A stretch of DNA of 64,000 nucleotides from Eledone cirrhosa (GCA_964016885.1 OZ024755.1:3286001-3350000), one strand, 5' to 3'. Numbered from the stretch's first letter, positions 23,600-36,692 are shown. Numbers and translations are program-made. Notes: generated by a model from the letters alone, not told the origin.

Positions 23600-25830
23600 T
23601 GGAAGTTGAAGGACCCCATAGCCAGTGACAAATTAAAAAGCTTATTACTTGATGCCTTTGACAATAAGGAAGAGCAATTATAGATGTGCGACATAGAGGA
23701 ACAGTGGCAATTCTTGAAAGTGAACCTGCTGAAAGCAACGGATGAAATCTGTGGCTGGAGCAGACCTATTGGCAGGAGGAGAGTAACAGTAAGGTAGAAG
23801 AGACAATCAAGGCCAAAAAGCAGGCTTGGAAAGTTTGGCAGGATGGGGGAAGTAGAGAGCACTATCAAGTAGCCAGGAGAAAAGCTAGGAGACAAGTGTA
23901 CCTTGCAAAAAGGGAAGCAGAGGATAGAAAGTTCAAGCATGTTCTACAACGTGAGGACCAAAAGCGCGAGGTGTTCAGGATTGCTAGACAATGTGTCAAG
24001 GAAAACCGTGATATTGTCGGAGAGAAGTGTGTACGTAATGATAACGGTGTACTTGCACTCACTGATGCTGATAAGAAGATAGCCTGGAAGTGTCACTACG
24101 AGAGACTATTAAGTGAGGAGAATAAGTGGGAAAAAGATAGTCTGCCCCAAATCGATCCAATAGAAGGCCCAGTGGTGCAAGTTAAAGGTAGTATAATAAG
24201 TAAGGCAATCAAAAATATGAAGACAGGCAAGGCAGCTGGGCCTTCGGAGATAGTTGCTGAGATGTTGAAGGCATCTGGAATGGTGGGACATACTATGGTC
24301 ACCCGTATAGTTAACCAAGTAATACAGAATGGGGTCATACCAAAAGACTGTAGCAGCATCATCATTAACTGCTACAAGGGTAAAGGAGATGCTCTAGATA
24401 GAGGAAACTATAGAGGCATTAAGTTAATTGACCAGGTCATGAAGGTCACAGAAAGAGTTATAGCGCAACTAATCAGAGAGCGAATTGATCTAGATGAAAT
24501 GCAATTTGGGTTTGTACCACAGACGCTCTATTCCTTGTACGACAACTACAAGAGAAGTACCTAGCTAAAAGTAAACCCCTCTACTTAGCTTTTGTAGACC
24601 TGGAAAAAGCCTTTGACAGAGTCCCCCGCTCCATTATCTGGTGGGCTCTTAGAAAACTAGGTGTAGATGAATGGCTTGTGAGAGTTATACAAGCTATGTA
24701 TAATGAAACAGTCAGTAAGGTTAGAATTAACAATGAATATTGTGAAGAATTTAGTGTAAAAGTTGGTGTTCACCTTAGCCCCCTCCTATTTATTATTGCC
24801 CTTCAGGCTATAACAGAGGAGTTCAAGACCGGCTGCCCATGGGAACTCCTGTACGCAGATGATCTAACGCTCATAGCTGAATCTATGGCTGAACTAGAAA
24901 AGAAATTCCAAACATGGAAGCATGGCCTAGAATCAAAAGGCCTTAAAGTTAACTTGTCTAAGACTAAAGTCCTAGTTTGTAGAAAGGAAAATAAGACACA
25001 GGTACCCTCAGGGAAATGGCCTTGATCAGTGTGTAGGAAAGGAGTAGGCAGAAATTCAATTTTATGTCCCAAATGCAAAGTATGGGTACATAAAAGATGT
25101 AGTGGGATCACAGGTAAACTATCTAAGAACGTAGACTTTATATGTGGCCAATGCTCAGGTGCGATAAGTAGCAAGTGCCCACAGGATACTAGCCCCTTCT
25201 ATTGCTCAGATGGTTCTATAGAAATAGTAGACACTTTCGTTACCTGGGCGACGAGTGTTCTGAAAGTACAGTAGCCAGAGTCAGAATGGGATGGAAAAAG
25301 TTCAGAGAGCTTATACCGCTGTAGGCCACAAAAGGTTTCTCTCTAAAAATGAAAGGCAGATTGTATGATGCTTGTATACAAACAGCAATGCTACATGGCA
25401 GTGAGACATGGGCATTGCGTGCAGAGGATCTGCGTAGACTGGAAAGGAACGAAGCATGCATGCTCCGTTGGATGTGTAATAGTAACATACATGAACGGCA
25501 AAGCATAAATGAACTAAGTGAGAAATTAGGAATAAGAGGGATCAGATGCTGTTTACTTGAGAGAAGACTATGTTGGTATGGCCACGTGATGCGCATGAAA
25601 GACAGCTGTATAAAAAAAGTGCAGGGCGATCAAAATTGATGGTAGTTACGGAGTAGGTAAACCCAGAAAAACCTGGGACGATCTGATAAATTTCGACCTT
25701 ACACACTTGCACCTCTCTAAGACAATGTCACTGGACCGAGATCTTTGGTGCTACGCAGTAATACAGAAGACCTGCTTTGCCTATGTACAAAGCGAAACCT
25801 ACAGCCAGTAGGCACCTCTTAACCAAATAT
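23600..25830 (+). mobile_element. 5'-truncated, decayed RTE-clade LINE (RT domain, Cys-rich segment, 3' UTR)
   Basis: ORFs 23896-24564, 24678-25025, 25029-25274, 25349-25639 give KAAGPS, NYRGIKL, QFGF, FVDLEKAFD, LSPLLF, YADD (24852-24863), LHGSETW, WYGHVMR; broken by stops and frameshifts. Confidence 0.92.
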
Positions 25831-26479
25831 AATATATGTAATGGTTTCTTACATAGGCACAAGGCCAGCAATTTTGGGGGAGGGTAAAGTCGATTTAAAT
25901 CGACCTCAGTGTGTAACTGGTACTTCATTTTATCGACCCCGTAAGGATGAAAGGCAAAGTCAACCTCGGCGGGATTTGAACTCAGAATGGCAAGGGCCGT
26001 AACTCTATGCGTCAAAGCATGGTGTCCTACCCTCTACCGATACTGCCAATCCACCACCTTTATATATAATATAATTGTTTCTACTTTTGGCACAAGGCCA
26101 GCAATTATCCCAGTGTATTACTGGTACTTTATTTTATCGACCCCGTAAGGATGAAAGGCAAAGTTAACCTCGGCGGGATAATATAATACAATTGTTTCTA
26201 CTTTAGGCACAATTCAGTTCATTACTGATTTGATAATATAATATAATAAACAGTAAATTGTAATAGTAATAATAAAAATACATCAATGTGTTTTTTTTCA
26301 GTTTTCTTTTTTTTTTAATGACCAATTTTCCATGTTTTACATAAATATGTAGGTGTGGCTAAATTAATCTGAAGATATAATATTAATTATAATTATAATG
26401 ATGATAATGATGGAAAATGAGTTCATATTTATAAAATAGGAACAAATCAATGTTAAAAGTTAAAATCAGAATTGTTTAA

Positions 26480-26643
26480 CCCTTTAGCATTTAAACCGGC
26501 CAGAATTCTTTCACCTCTTTCTGTTCAAACTGATGTTAACGTATTCTCAAAATAAATAATATCATAGATTTGATATTATGTGAGATAAAGCCATTACCGT
26601 GAAAATATAATAGTATATATAAATTAACGTAAATGCTAAAGGG
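26480..26643 (+). mobile_element. piggyBac-type MITE M1 (TTAA-flanked)
   Basis: TIR ccctttagcattt/aaatgctaaaggg with TTAA on both sides; copies at 34420-34648, 38532-38744, 51305-51512. Confidence 0.8.
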
Positions 26644-26647
26644 TTAA

Positions 26648-26859
26648 CCCTTTAGCATTTACGTTACTCTATATACACTATTGTATTTTCATGGTAATGG
26701 CTTTATCTTACATAATTATCTCAGATGATATCGAATCTACAAGATTTTGATGTTAGTCATTTTGAGAACAATACAGTATGAAAGGCCAGTTATAACTGGT
26801 TTGAACAGAAAGAGGTGAGAGAATTCTGGCCAGATATGGCTGGTTTAAATGATAAAGGG
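26648..26859 (-). mobile_element. piggyBac-type MITE M1, inverted, sharing the TTAA at 26644-26647 with the previous copy
   Basis: Reverse complement of the M1 consensus; TTAA at 26860-26863. Confidence 0.8.
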
Positions 26860-27049
26860 TTAAAGAAAAAAAGAATTCTTTTTTACATGCTGGGGCTTGG
26901 AGGGGGGCCGGGCCTCTATAAACATTCATTTTCTTACACGCATACATACACACACACACATGCATTAAAGATGACTGGAAAAAGTGGTAGAAGAATACTT
27001 TAAAAACTTCAAATTTTTTCTTTTGTTTTATTTTTTTTTTTTGCTTTAA

Positions 27050-27282
27050 CCCTTTTTGTTACCAATTTCTCATGAAATTGCCTGCCTATTTGTTTAAATA
27101 AATTTTTTTTTTAAATAATCAAAAATTTCAAGGAATTTAATAACATTCCTAAATCTCTCATAAGTTAACTAATGTTTTATTAGTTAACAAAAATTTCTTA
27201 AATAAAATTATGACAGAAGGTTTAAATAAAAGTATGAACACTTTAAATCAGGGCAGTTTCAGGCAGGTTGGTAGCAAAAGGG
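27050..27282. mobile_element. piggyBac-type MITE M2 (TTAA-flanked) abutting the ZNF stop codon
   Basis: TIRs ccctttttgttaccaa / ttggtagcaaaaggg; TTAA at 27046-27049 and 27283-27286; related pieces at ~31720-31935 and 32050-32260. Confidence 0.75.
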
Positions 27283-27695
27283 TTAATGTCTATAGCGTCT
27301 CTTCTTTGGAGCATTTAACGGGGTTGGTTTCAGAAGATCTGAGCCACGTGTAGCACTGTGGTTTGGCTCTATATGTTGCCCAAATGGCTGCATGCAGACA
27401 GCCCCGTGTTGTGGTATCTGGTGCTTTGGTACAGCTTGTTTGTCAACTGCTTGTCTGTAATATTCTGTCAAGGCTGGTCTCTTTTCTACATATCTCGAGC
27501 CCCTCCTGCCTCGCTTAATGACAGATATGATGTGGGGAGCCCTCTGGTCACTTTCATCGTCGCTTCCATTGTCCGATACGTCTGGGGCATTATTCCCATC
27601 ATCTTCCTCTTCTTCCTCCTCCTCCTCCTCATCTTCTTGGTCAGCTTCTTCGTCTCCTCCTTCTTCATCTTCCTCCTCTCCCTCTTCTTCGTATC

Positions 27696-27726
<31 letters not shown>

Positions 27727-29538
27727 TTCTTCTCCACTGACACTTTCCTCCACCATTTCCTCTCGTTCTCCATCATCGTTTTCCTGGTCATCTTCATAAC
27801 TTCCTTGAGAAGCTTCGGAATATACTCCGCTTCCTTCCTGCGTTGCTCCATCGACTGAGTTTTGTTCCACAGAACTGGAACTATATTCATAGGAGGACGT
27901 GGAACAATTTGGGCTTTCATTTCCTCCTTCTGCTTCCGTGTCCCTAGAAGATGACTGTCTAGCAGAGTAAGCTACATTGAAATTAGCCCCTTGAGGAACC
28001 ACCCTAGTAGATTTTCTGTAGCCATTGTTGTTCTGCTGTTGATTGTGTATGTCTTGAGTGGAGACAGTGGCCTGTTTCCTTACAGATCCTGATTTTGTTG
28101 CCTGACCTCTGCTCCGACCTCGACCCCTTCCACGACCTCGTCCGCGACCTTTCTCTCTCCCCCTACCTTGTTGTTTTTTCGCTTTCGAAGGCAAAGTCTC
28201 CTCTTGCTGTTCTTCTTTTATGTCTTGTGAAAAAGGCACATCACATGAATATGCAGCAGCCTGCTGGCTACGGGTTGATTCCAGTGCTGAGGGTGGTAAC
28301 AGTCCCTCTGCCACATGGATTTTTAAATGAGTACGGAGATATCCCGACCGAGAGAAAAGTTTCAGACAGTACTTACATTCATACGGTTTCTCACCGGAAT
28401 GGATACGAAGATGTGCTGTCAAAGAGTTGGATTGAGAGAATGTTTTCGAGCATTGTGGACAACTGTATGGTTTCTCACCTGTGTGTACTCGAAGATGTTT
28501 CGTCAAGTTACCCGACTGTGCAAATTTCTTTTGACAGAATTTACATATGAAAGGTTTTTCACCTGTATGAATTTTATAATGTTCAGTCAAGTGGCAAGAC
28601 TGTGCAAACAGTTTGTTACATAACTTGCACTGAAAGTTTTTGTCACCTGTGTGAACAGTCATGTGTATAGCCAGGTAATTAGCACGAGAAAAGGACTTCT
28701 CGCAGTGGTTACACTTGAACGGTTTCTCACCTGTGTGGATTCTGAGATGCACAGCTAAAGAATTTGATTGGGAAAATGACTTTGGGCACCGTTCACATTT
28801 AAACGGACGTTCTCCCGTGTGAACCCTCAGATGTTTAGTTAGATTTCCAGAATGAGCAAACTGTTTCTTGCAGTAATCGCAGCTGTATGGCTTCTCACCT
28901 GTGTGTATCTTCAGATGAGCTGACAAGTGGCTGGACTGCATGAAAGTTTTTTTGCATATGTGACATTGAAAGTTATGTTCACCTGTGTGAACTTTAAGGT
29001 GAGCAGTCAGAGTAACAGCTTGAGAAAAACCTTTCAGGCAAATTGGACATTGATAGGAATTCAAACCTTGTGAAAGAATAGTTGACAAGAATTGGGTGAA
29101 GTCTAAATTCTTCTTAGTGGAATTATACTTGGAGTGTCTTTTCAGGTGTTTTGTGAGATCACTTAAACTCTTGAATGTCTTGTTACAGATTAGGCATTCA
29201 TTGGATTTCTCACTCGAGTGTGTTTTCATGTGTTCATTCAGAAGTTTCCGTTGTGTAAATGTTTTCTGGCATTCGGAACATTCTAGCTCCTCTTTCACCT
29301 TTATTGGTTTGTTCTTAGCTGAAGACAGGCTTTTGTCTCGGATGTTCTCTTCCCCAAGATCCAGTAATGACATGTTTGGGACTGGGTGAGAAGTCGATGT
29401 CTTTTGGTGTATATTAGCATCAAAGGTTGGTGGTGGTGGTGGTGGTGGGTGTATGGAACCACCTGACACAGGAGGGGGGGTGTAATGAATGTTGGAGCCC
29501 CTTTGTTTGCTTGCTTTCTTAGAAGAATGTTTTGCCAT
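27283..29538 (-). CDS. C2H2 zinc-finger protein, 751 aa, 11 fingers, RG repeat and acidic tail; single coding exon
   Basis: Intact ORF with CxxC-x12-HxxxH fingers and TGEKP linkers; good Kozak context (accATGG); likely 5' UTR splice acceptor at 29944-29945. Confidence 0.95.
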
Positions 29539-32500
29539 GGTGCTTATAAATTTATTGTTGCAAGACTTATATTAAAAAACATGCATGTACTAAACATGGT
29601 CTTCTTACAGGTGCAACAAAAGAACAAAAATTCAAAACTGCTGCTATGGGTTCTTTGGTTTTGTTTAAAATTATTATTATTAGTAGTAGTATTACTATCA
29701 GAAAGCCCTAAATTTTAGTTTAAATGTTCAAAAAGTTATTCTTTGTGTGCGTTTCTCCAACAACTGCAATGTTTTCAAAGCTTCTGTCTCTGTATGTGTT
29801 GAACTCCAAACTAGGTTTAGTTCATTAAAACTGTAACAACAACAGCTGCAGCTAAGTCAGTCCAGATATTACTGCAACAAATTCCATGGCAGTATTTGAC
29901 ATCATTTCAGGGGATGGAAGATGGAAATCAGAGCAAGATGTGCCTGTGAAATATAATATAAAGATGGTAAAGATTTGTGTCTGAGAGGATAACGTTATTT
30001 ATATAGGGGTAATTGTTTGTATAACTTTGCCCACAAAACAATGTTGACAGATTTATGTTTAAAGTTCCAATAAATTATTTTTATAGCAATAATTAACATA
30101 GTTATGTAAAAAAAAATTGCTCTTGAGCTACATTTTATATTTTGTATACTAAAATTATTGGTATTTGTAGTTTCTGTGGTGAATAGGTCTTTTTATAGTA
30201 TAGGACTCTATGGCCAACCCTCCTCAACCTGGCTTAGGACAAGCTATGGCCCATTGACGTGAAGCTGGAGGAACCAGATGACTAGACTAAAATTAACGAT
30301 CTCACATCAATATCGTTATTCAAAGCATTTTACATGTGAATAAACAGACAGAAAAAAAATCAAATACGAGTTTTTATTTGTATTCCATAAATATTTTATT
30401 TCCCAAGATAAGAGATCTTTATTTAATGTAGGTCATTTTACAACATACCATTCAGATAAAACATGTTGGATTATCTTCCCTTTCTACACCTAGTCATCGT
30501 CTGCTTTGTATGTTGTATGGTGAGAAAACATTTGATAAATCTGGGAGAGGAGGTTGTTGTTGTTATTGTTTAGCCCTAGAGTTGATGGCAATGGTAGAGT
30601 AAAAGTACTTTCTACTGTGTGTGTAGAAGGAAAGAACTAATCTGCCAGATAGGACCAGGGAAACTATGTTACAATGTAAAAACCACCAGCCTCAGAGAGA
30701 GGACATCTTGAAGCTAGTCTTTAAAAAACTACCAAGACTAAAGGTGTAATATATTGTCTAGTATCTACCAACTATAAACAAAGTATTCCAATATATGGAG
30801 ACTATGAAAAGATTCAATAGAAACTTTTAACTATTTCATAGCCATTATTGTTTCTCTCTCTCAATGGTGGTGGATAGGCTGTAGCAGTAGAAGGTCGGAC
30901 GCCATGCTTTGCAGCATAGAGTTACAGCCCTTTACAGCCTGAGTTCAATTCCTGCCGAGGTCAACTTTGCCTTTCATCCTTACGGAGTCGATAAAATAAA
31001 GTACCAGTAATGTACTGGAATAATTGCTGGCCTTGTGCCAAAAGTAGAAACGTTATTATTGTTTCTCTCTCTCTCTCTGCACAAACGTATATATCGTTTT
31101 TGGTCTTAAACAAGTGAGGTTGACCAAACCTAAAACATCTCGAAGCCTATACCTGGTCACTCAACATGTAGCTAAAATATCCTTAAACTGACACCCATTA
31201 TCTCTTAGAAGCAGACGTGGGGGGGGGGGGTCTTCAAACACTCGATCTAGCTGGTCCTGTCAGAAGCAACCATCTCAAATTAATCCAGTTGGATCCCCAG
31301 GCAAGACCAGTTGAGCTTATGGATGTTATCCAACCATCTTGCTCGAGGTTTGCCCCTGGTTCTCCTGTTGGTTGGTTTTGCCAGTAAAATCTCTCGTGGA
31401 ATAGACACATTTGATTGAGGGAGATAACTCCTGATAAAAAAAACTGCATTTGAGATTTTTTTTATTATTATTAATAAAATAACCGATTTTGTACGAAACT
31501 GTTCCTGGTTTTACAATACAAAACTTTATTTTAAGGTGTTTATATTTCATCAATTCAGCAGGAATTCCAAGGTCTATACTTCTTTCTCATTTCTTTTCTC
31601 TCACTCTATCCTTCACAGGAAGAAATCAGATAAGAGTTGGAGATATAGACATTCCAGCCATAATTTAGACAGTGTACCTTGGACAATAGTATTCAATGTG
31701 TCTTTCTTTCTTGCTTCAACTGTTTAGATACTAAACACTTTCTGATTGTACGATATAAAACTGTTTGTTTTAAAATGATTATATTTATCTAAATGTTATT
31801 TAAGAACATTTACTGTTCCAAACACCAGATTAAGAATTAGAAAATTAGTTACTATATTATTAAATCCATCCAAATTCTTTATTTGAAAACCATTGGCAGT
31901 GTATTTCATTAGAAATATGGTAACAAAAAAGTTAAGAAAGATCGGGCGACCACATAGGCGCATCTTCATCTAATTTAGCTGATTGTACATCTCACCTAGT
32001 CAAAGAAGTTGAACTGTATATGATTGAGGATTAAACTACAGCTTAGTCTTAACCCTTTTGTTACCACATATCTAATGAAAGTTACTGCCAATTGATTTGA
32101 AATCATTTAAAAAATAGTCAAGAATTTGGAAGGGTTTAGTAATAAAAGCTTTCTCATTCTTTAAGCTGGTGCCTGGAATATAACTTAACCATTTTGATAC
32201 CAACTCACCTGAAACCTCCCAGATTATATAACGAAACTGTCCATTTTAAAATGTTCAAAATGATATAGTGTCGGTAGAGGGTCGGACGCCATGCTTTGAA
32301 GCATAGAGTTACCTCCCTTTACGATCTGAGTTCAAATCCCGCCGAGGTTAACTTTGTCTTTCATCCTTACGGGGTCGATAAAATAAAGTACCAGTAATGT
32401 ACTGGATGATTTGCTGGTCTTGTGCCAAAAGTAGAAACAATTATTATCTATCATAGTTACGTCCCTTTACAGTCTGAGTTCAACTCCCATCGAGGATAAT

Positions 32501-33709
32501 TTTGCCTTTCATGCTTACAGGGTCACTAAAATAAAGTACCAGTAATGTACTGGTTAATTGTTGGCCTTGTGCCAAAAGTAGAAACAATTATTTTATTTAA
32601 GTAATTTTTGTTAAATAATGTTTTAAACATCAGTAGTTTACTATTAAAAAAGTTACTTTATCAATAAATGACTGATAAGTTTCAAAAAGCCAGTACAATG
32701 TGATAGAAATATATAAAGGGCAAATGATGACAAATAAAACAAAAAAAAATTAATGTTTTACCCAGTATATTTCAGGGCTATAACCCTCTTTTCAAATGTG
32801 AAATGGAAATGGTTCAAAACAAAATCGAATGAGTGATGTGCCCTTAACTGGTCTACATGTCTGAAATATTACTTTATTAAATTCTACCATTTTTTTGTAT
32901 TATTTTCCAAATAAATTAAAACACTAATGAGTTAATAAAGGTTCTTACAGAGAGTATGATAGATTTGGTTTTCTTGCTCAGAGTTGCTGAAGCATGGAAC
33001 AAACTACCTGCATCAGTTGTTAGCTGTCGGGACACTGCATCCTTCAAAACATCCATGCTTCCGAAAATTCGCCAACACTACACCTGATATTCCCCTTCCA
33101 AACACACATGTGCATGTGTATATATCATGATTATACACTGTTCTCTTTCCTGACATTTGTAAATGATTCTATGTATTATACATGCACCTTTTATCAGTTG
33201 TAGTGCACCTGAGCATTGTACGCAATAATTTTCATAAATATATTTTCTGACTAGGTGAGGAGCGGTGTTTCTGTCATAAATAATTGACTGATTGCTCAAT
33301 TCATTCATTTACTTGGTACTACGTGCCTTCTAATTGAAACAATTGTAGAAATAATCGGTTTTAACTGAGTATCAATCTTGGATTTCCATTTTTTAAACCT
33401 AGTGGAGCCCATCTCCTCTCCAGGTCTGAATACAGCAGATTTCTTCCTGTGCAGGATAGAGTGAGAGAGGGGAAATGAGAAAGAGATATAGACCTTGGAA
33501 TTCCTTCTGAATTGATGAAATATAAACACCTTAAAATAAACAGTTTTGTATTGTAAAACCAGGAACAGTTTCATACAAAATCGGTTAAAAGGAAGGTAAA
33601 GGCAATATTAAGCAAAAGAGAATTCAATGTGAGATTGCAGATTACAATATTTATTTATTAGCTGGATATTCTTTCAATACATTACAGCTAATATGTGTGT
33701 GTGTATATA

Positions 33710-33905
33710 TAGGTGGATCCCTGGTGTATATCTGGAGGTGACCACAGTTAAAAAAGGTACTCAATACATTAGTAGATTATAGGCATCTTTATTTTATTGT
33801 AGAAAAGACTTCACTTTTACAGGACTAGAACGGTTTTCATTTGTAAGAAATCAGGACTTTCCTGGTGATTTTTTACAAATAAAACTGTTCTAGTCCTGTA
33901 GATTT
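33710..33905 (-). mobile_element. Palindromic element family C (degenerate hammerhead arms)
   Basis: ggaggtgaccacagt..aggtactcaatac plus inverted arms tacaggactagaac...gttctagtcctgta; same family as 56105-56240. Confidence 0.65.
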
Positions 33906-35261
33906 TAGAGAGAGAGATTTACAGTATTGATATTTTCAGTTTCAAATTTTGTCTTTGCCTTTCACCAATTTAAAAGGTTGATGAATGTTAGGTCAATAGG
34001 TCAGATTAATTGGGCAAGTTCTATTCTCTTCTCTCTCATCCACACACAGATAAATGCAGACATACATGAAGATATAGTGTTTTGTTCCTTTCATATTGTA
34101 TCAATCAAAGAAATCAATTAAACCCTACAGCAGAGTCAAGCATGGTAGTGAGTTGACAAGATCTGTAGGATGTCAAAATAAATACTTGGCAGTTTTTAGT
34201 TATGGTCCTTTATATTCAAAGTTGAAGTCCCTATCACAGTAGGTTTACTTTCATCCTTCCCAGAATATAAAATAAGTAACAGTTAGCTGCATGCCCTCAT
34301 GCGCTGCAAGCAGTGTGTTGAGATGGTGCTTATCCTGGTTTGTGTACTGGAACAGATAAGTATTGAGTACCAAGATAACAGACAGTTCCCCAACACAAAC
34401 ACACTTTGTACATCCTCATTTAACCATTTAGCATTTAAACCAGCCATATCCAGCCAGAACTCTCTCACCTCTTTCTCTTCAAACCAGCTGTAACTAGCTG
34501 TTCATACTTATGTTAAGGTATTTTTCTCAAAATAAATGATATCAAAATCTCGTAGATTTGATATTATGTTATATAATTATGTGAAATAAAGTGTTTACTG
34601 TAAAAATACAACAGTATATATAGAGTAATGCAAATGCTAAAGGGTTAACATGTTTTTCCTGCTAGCAAGGGTTGGATAGGTTGCCACAGACCAAGTCAAC
34701 ATTCTATATAAACTTGTACATCATTTAATGTCTCTTTTCTCTGCAAGCAAGAACTGGACAGGTCAGCATTCACTCTGAGACACTGACCTCTTAAGCAGCC
34801 TAGGAGGGCCACATCTCACATATGTTTCATTTCTGCACTCTACTTGATGTATTTTATCATTACAGCAGCACTAAAGGAGGTTGTAAAGTCTTTGACACAA
34901 CTGAAGTTCTCTACAGCTGGGGATGCCTTTCCTATCACCAAGGAGATGTGTATCATCATCGTCGTCACCATTTAACATCCATTTTTCCACACTAGCATGG
35001 ATTAGACGAGTTGTCTTGTTGTAAGATAGGCCAGGTCAGATGATCATATCTTGCTCATACAGAACTGTTTCTAGCTTGATTTCTAGGGCTGGATGCCCTT
35101 CCTCACACCATCCACACTTACATTAAGGACTGGATGCACCAAAACAATCACTTTACAGTGTGGGCTGAGCACTTATTGTGATATCACATATATAACATGT
35201 ATCATCATCATCATATAAATATATACAATATTACACTATAATATGTGTGTGTGTATATATG

Positions 35262-35303
<42 letters not shown>

Positions 35304-35970
35304 TGTGTGTGTATGTATGGTATTACATATCTAATGTAATATTATGTAATATCACACACATATATATCATATACAATTCCACTTCTGATACAATATCAAA
35401 ATTATCAATTCAATTGAATTACTATTAAGAAAATTTTGTTTTATTTATTTTTTTACTGTATTTATTTTGATGTTTCTCTTTATTTTGTTTTTCTCTCATT
35501 TTTATTTTTTTCTTGTTTTTAAAATGTACAAATAAATAATTAAGAAAGAAAACAGATAAATTATAATACAACCTGAAGTTAGAAGAGAAGGAGGGAGGGA
35601 ACAAAGGTGGATTCTTGGGGAGCAAGATTTTATTTAAAAAAAAAAAAAAAGGTTTGGTATAGACAGGTAGATAAGCTTATTGGCATGGGTTAAATGATGT
35701 CTAGGTAGTAGACAGGTAGATAAACTTATTGGCATGGGTTAAATGATGTCTAGGTAGTAGACAGGTAGATAAACTTATTGGCATGGGTTTACTGATGTTT
35801 GGGTAGTAGAGGACGTAAGAACAAGCTCTGATAATGGAGAATTAGTCGGTTCTGACACCCAAAATATGCCTAAGATACTTTAAAGTATTTTGAAGGCATG
35901 CAACTAATACCATATATATATATATGTATGTATATATATATATCTATACATACATACATACATACATACA

Positions 35971-36004
<34 letters not shown>

Positions 36005-36285
36005 ATGTTGTAGTTTGCTTGAAGCATTGTACCTAATATATAACGTTGAAAGAGATAGAAGGCTAAACAATGCAAAAGAAACAAAACAAAGATTACATCC
36101 AACATTTTATATATATATATATATATACATATATATACATATATACACCCTTGCAAGCAGGGAAAAGCGGACGTAAAATGATGATGAAAATGATGATGAT
36201 GACACGGCGATCCTAGATGAAATCTAATTGTCTGGCTCATTTTAATAATTATATATGTGTGTTGTGTATGTTTTTTACATATATA

Positions 36286-36338
36286 TAGCCTGAAGAACGA
36301 AGTAAAATCATCTTGCTTCATGAAACTCGGAGTACCTA
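36286..36338 (+). ncRNA. Type I hammerhead ribozyme motif
   Basis: tagc-CUGAAGA-acgaagtaa..ttgcttcat-GAAA-ctcggag-UA-ccta; follows (TA)n; one mismatch each in stems I and II. Confidence 0.65.
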
Positions 36339-36456
36339 GGAAGGTATACACCAGTTGGCCATGTATTTTATAGAATATAGTATATTTACCTCTATGATTA
36401 CATATTGAGGGGTCTTCCTTTAGTGATTACAACTACACACTCAATATATATATATA

Positions 36457-36692
36457 ATTAGAAAGTAAACAACATAATATAACTACTCTATTACCAAAAG
36501 TTTCAGGACCCTAGACAATATTAACATGTCTAGTTCGCTCATCAGCTAGACATATGTTAATATTGTCTAGAGTCCTAAAACTTTTGGTAATGGAGTAGTT
36601 TTATATTGTGTTGTTTACTTTCTAATTATATAGCTCTGTATTTTACATAGAGCACTCTTTTTTCCTTTGCTTTTTCTTCGGAAATACTTAAC
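36457..36692 (+). mobile_element. Palindromic hammerhead-bearing element family B, second copy
   Basis: Homologous to 10380-10665; minus-strand CUGAUGA (36539-36545)...GAAA-cttttgg-UA. Confidence 0.75.

Noticed and set aside
23600-25830. Autonomous, active RTE element
   Set aside because: It is 5'-truncated (no endonuclease) and has multiple stops and frameshifts.
27358-29718. Plus-strand and alternative-frame ORFs overlapping the first ZNF gene
   Set aside because: These are shadow ORFs of a low-complexity coding region; the same applies to 43018-44817.
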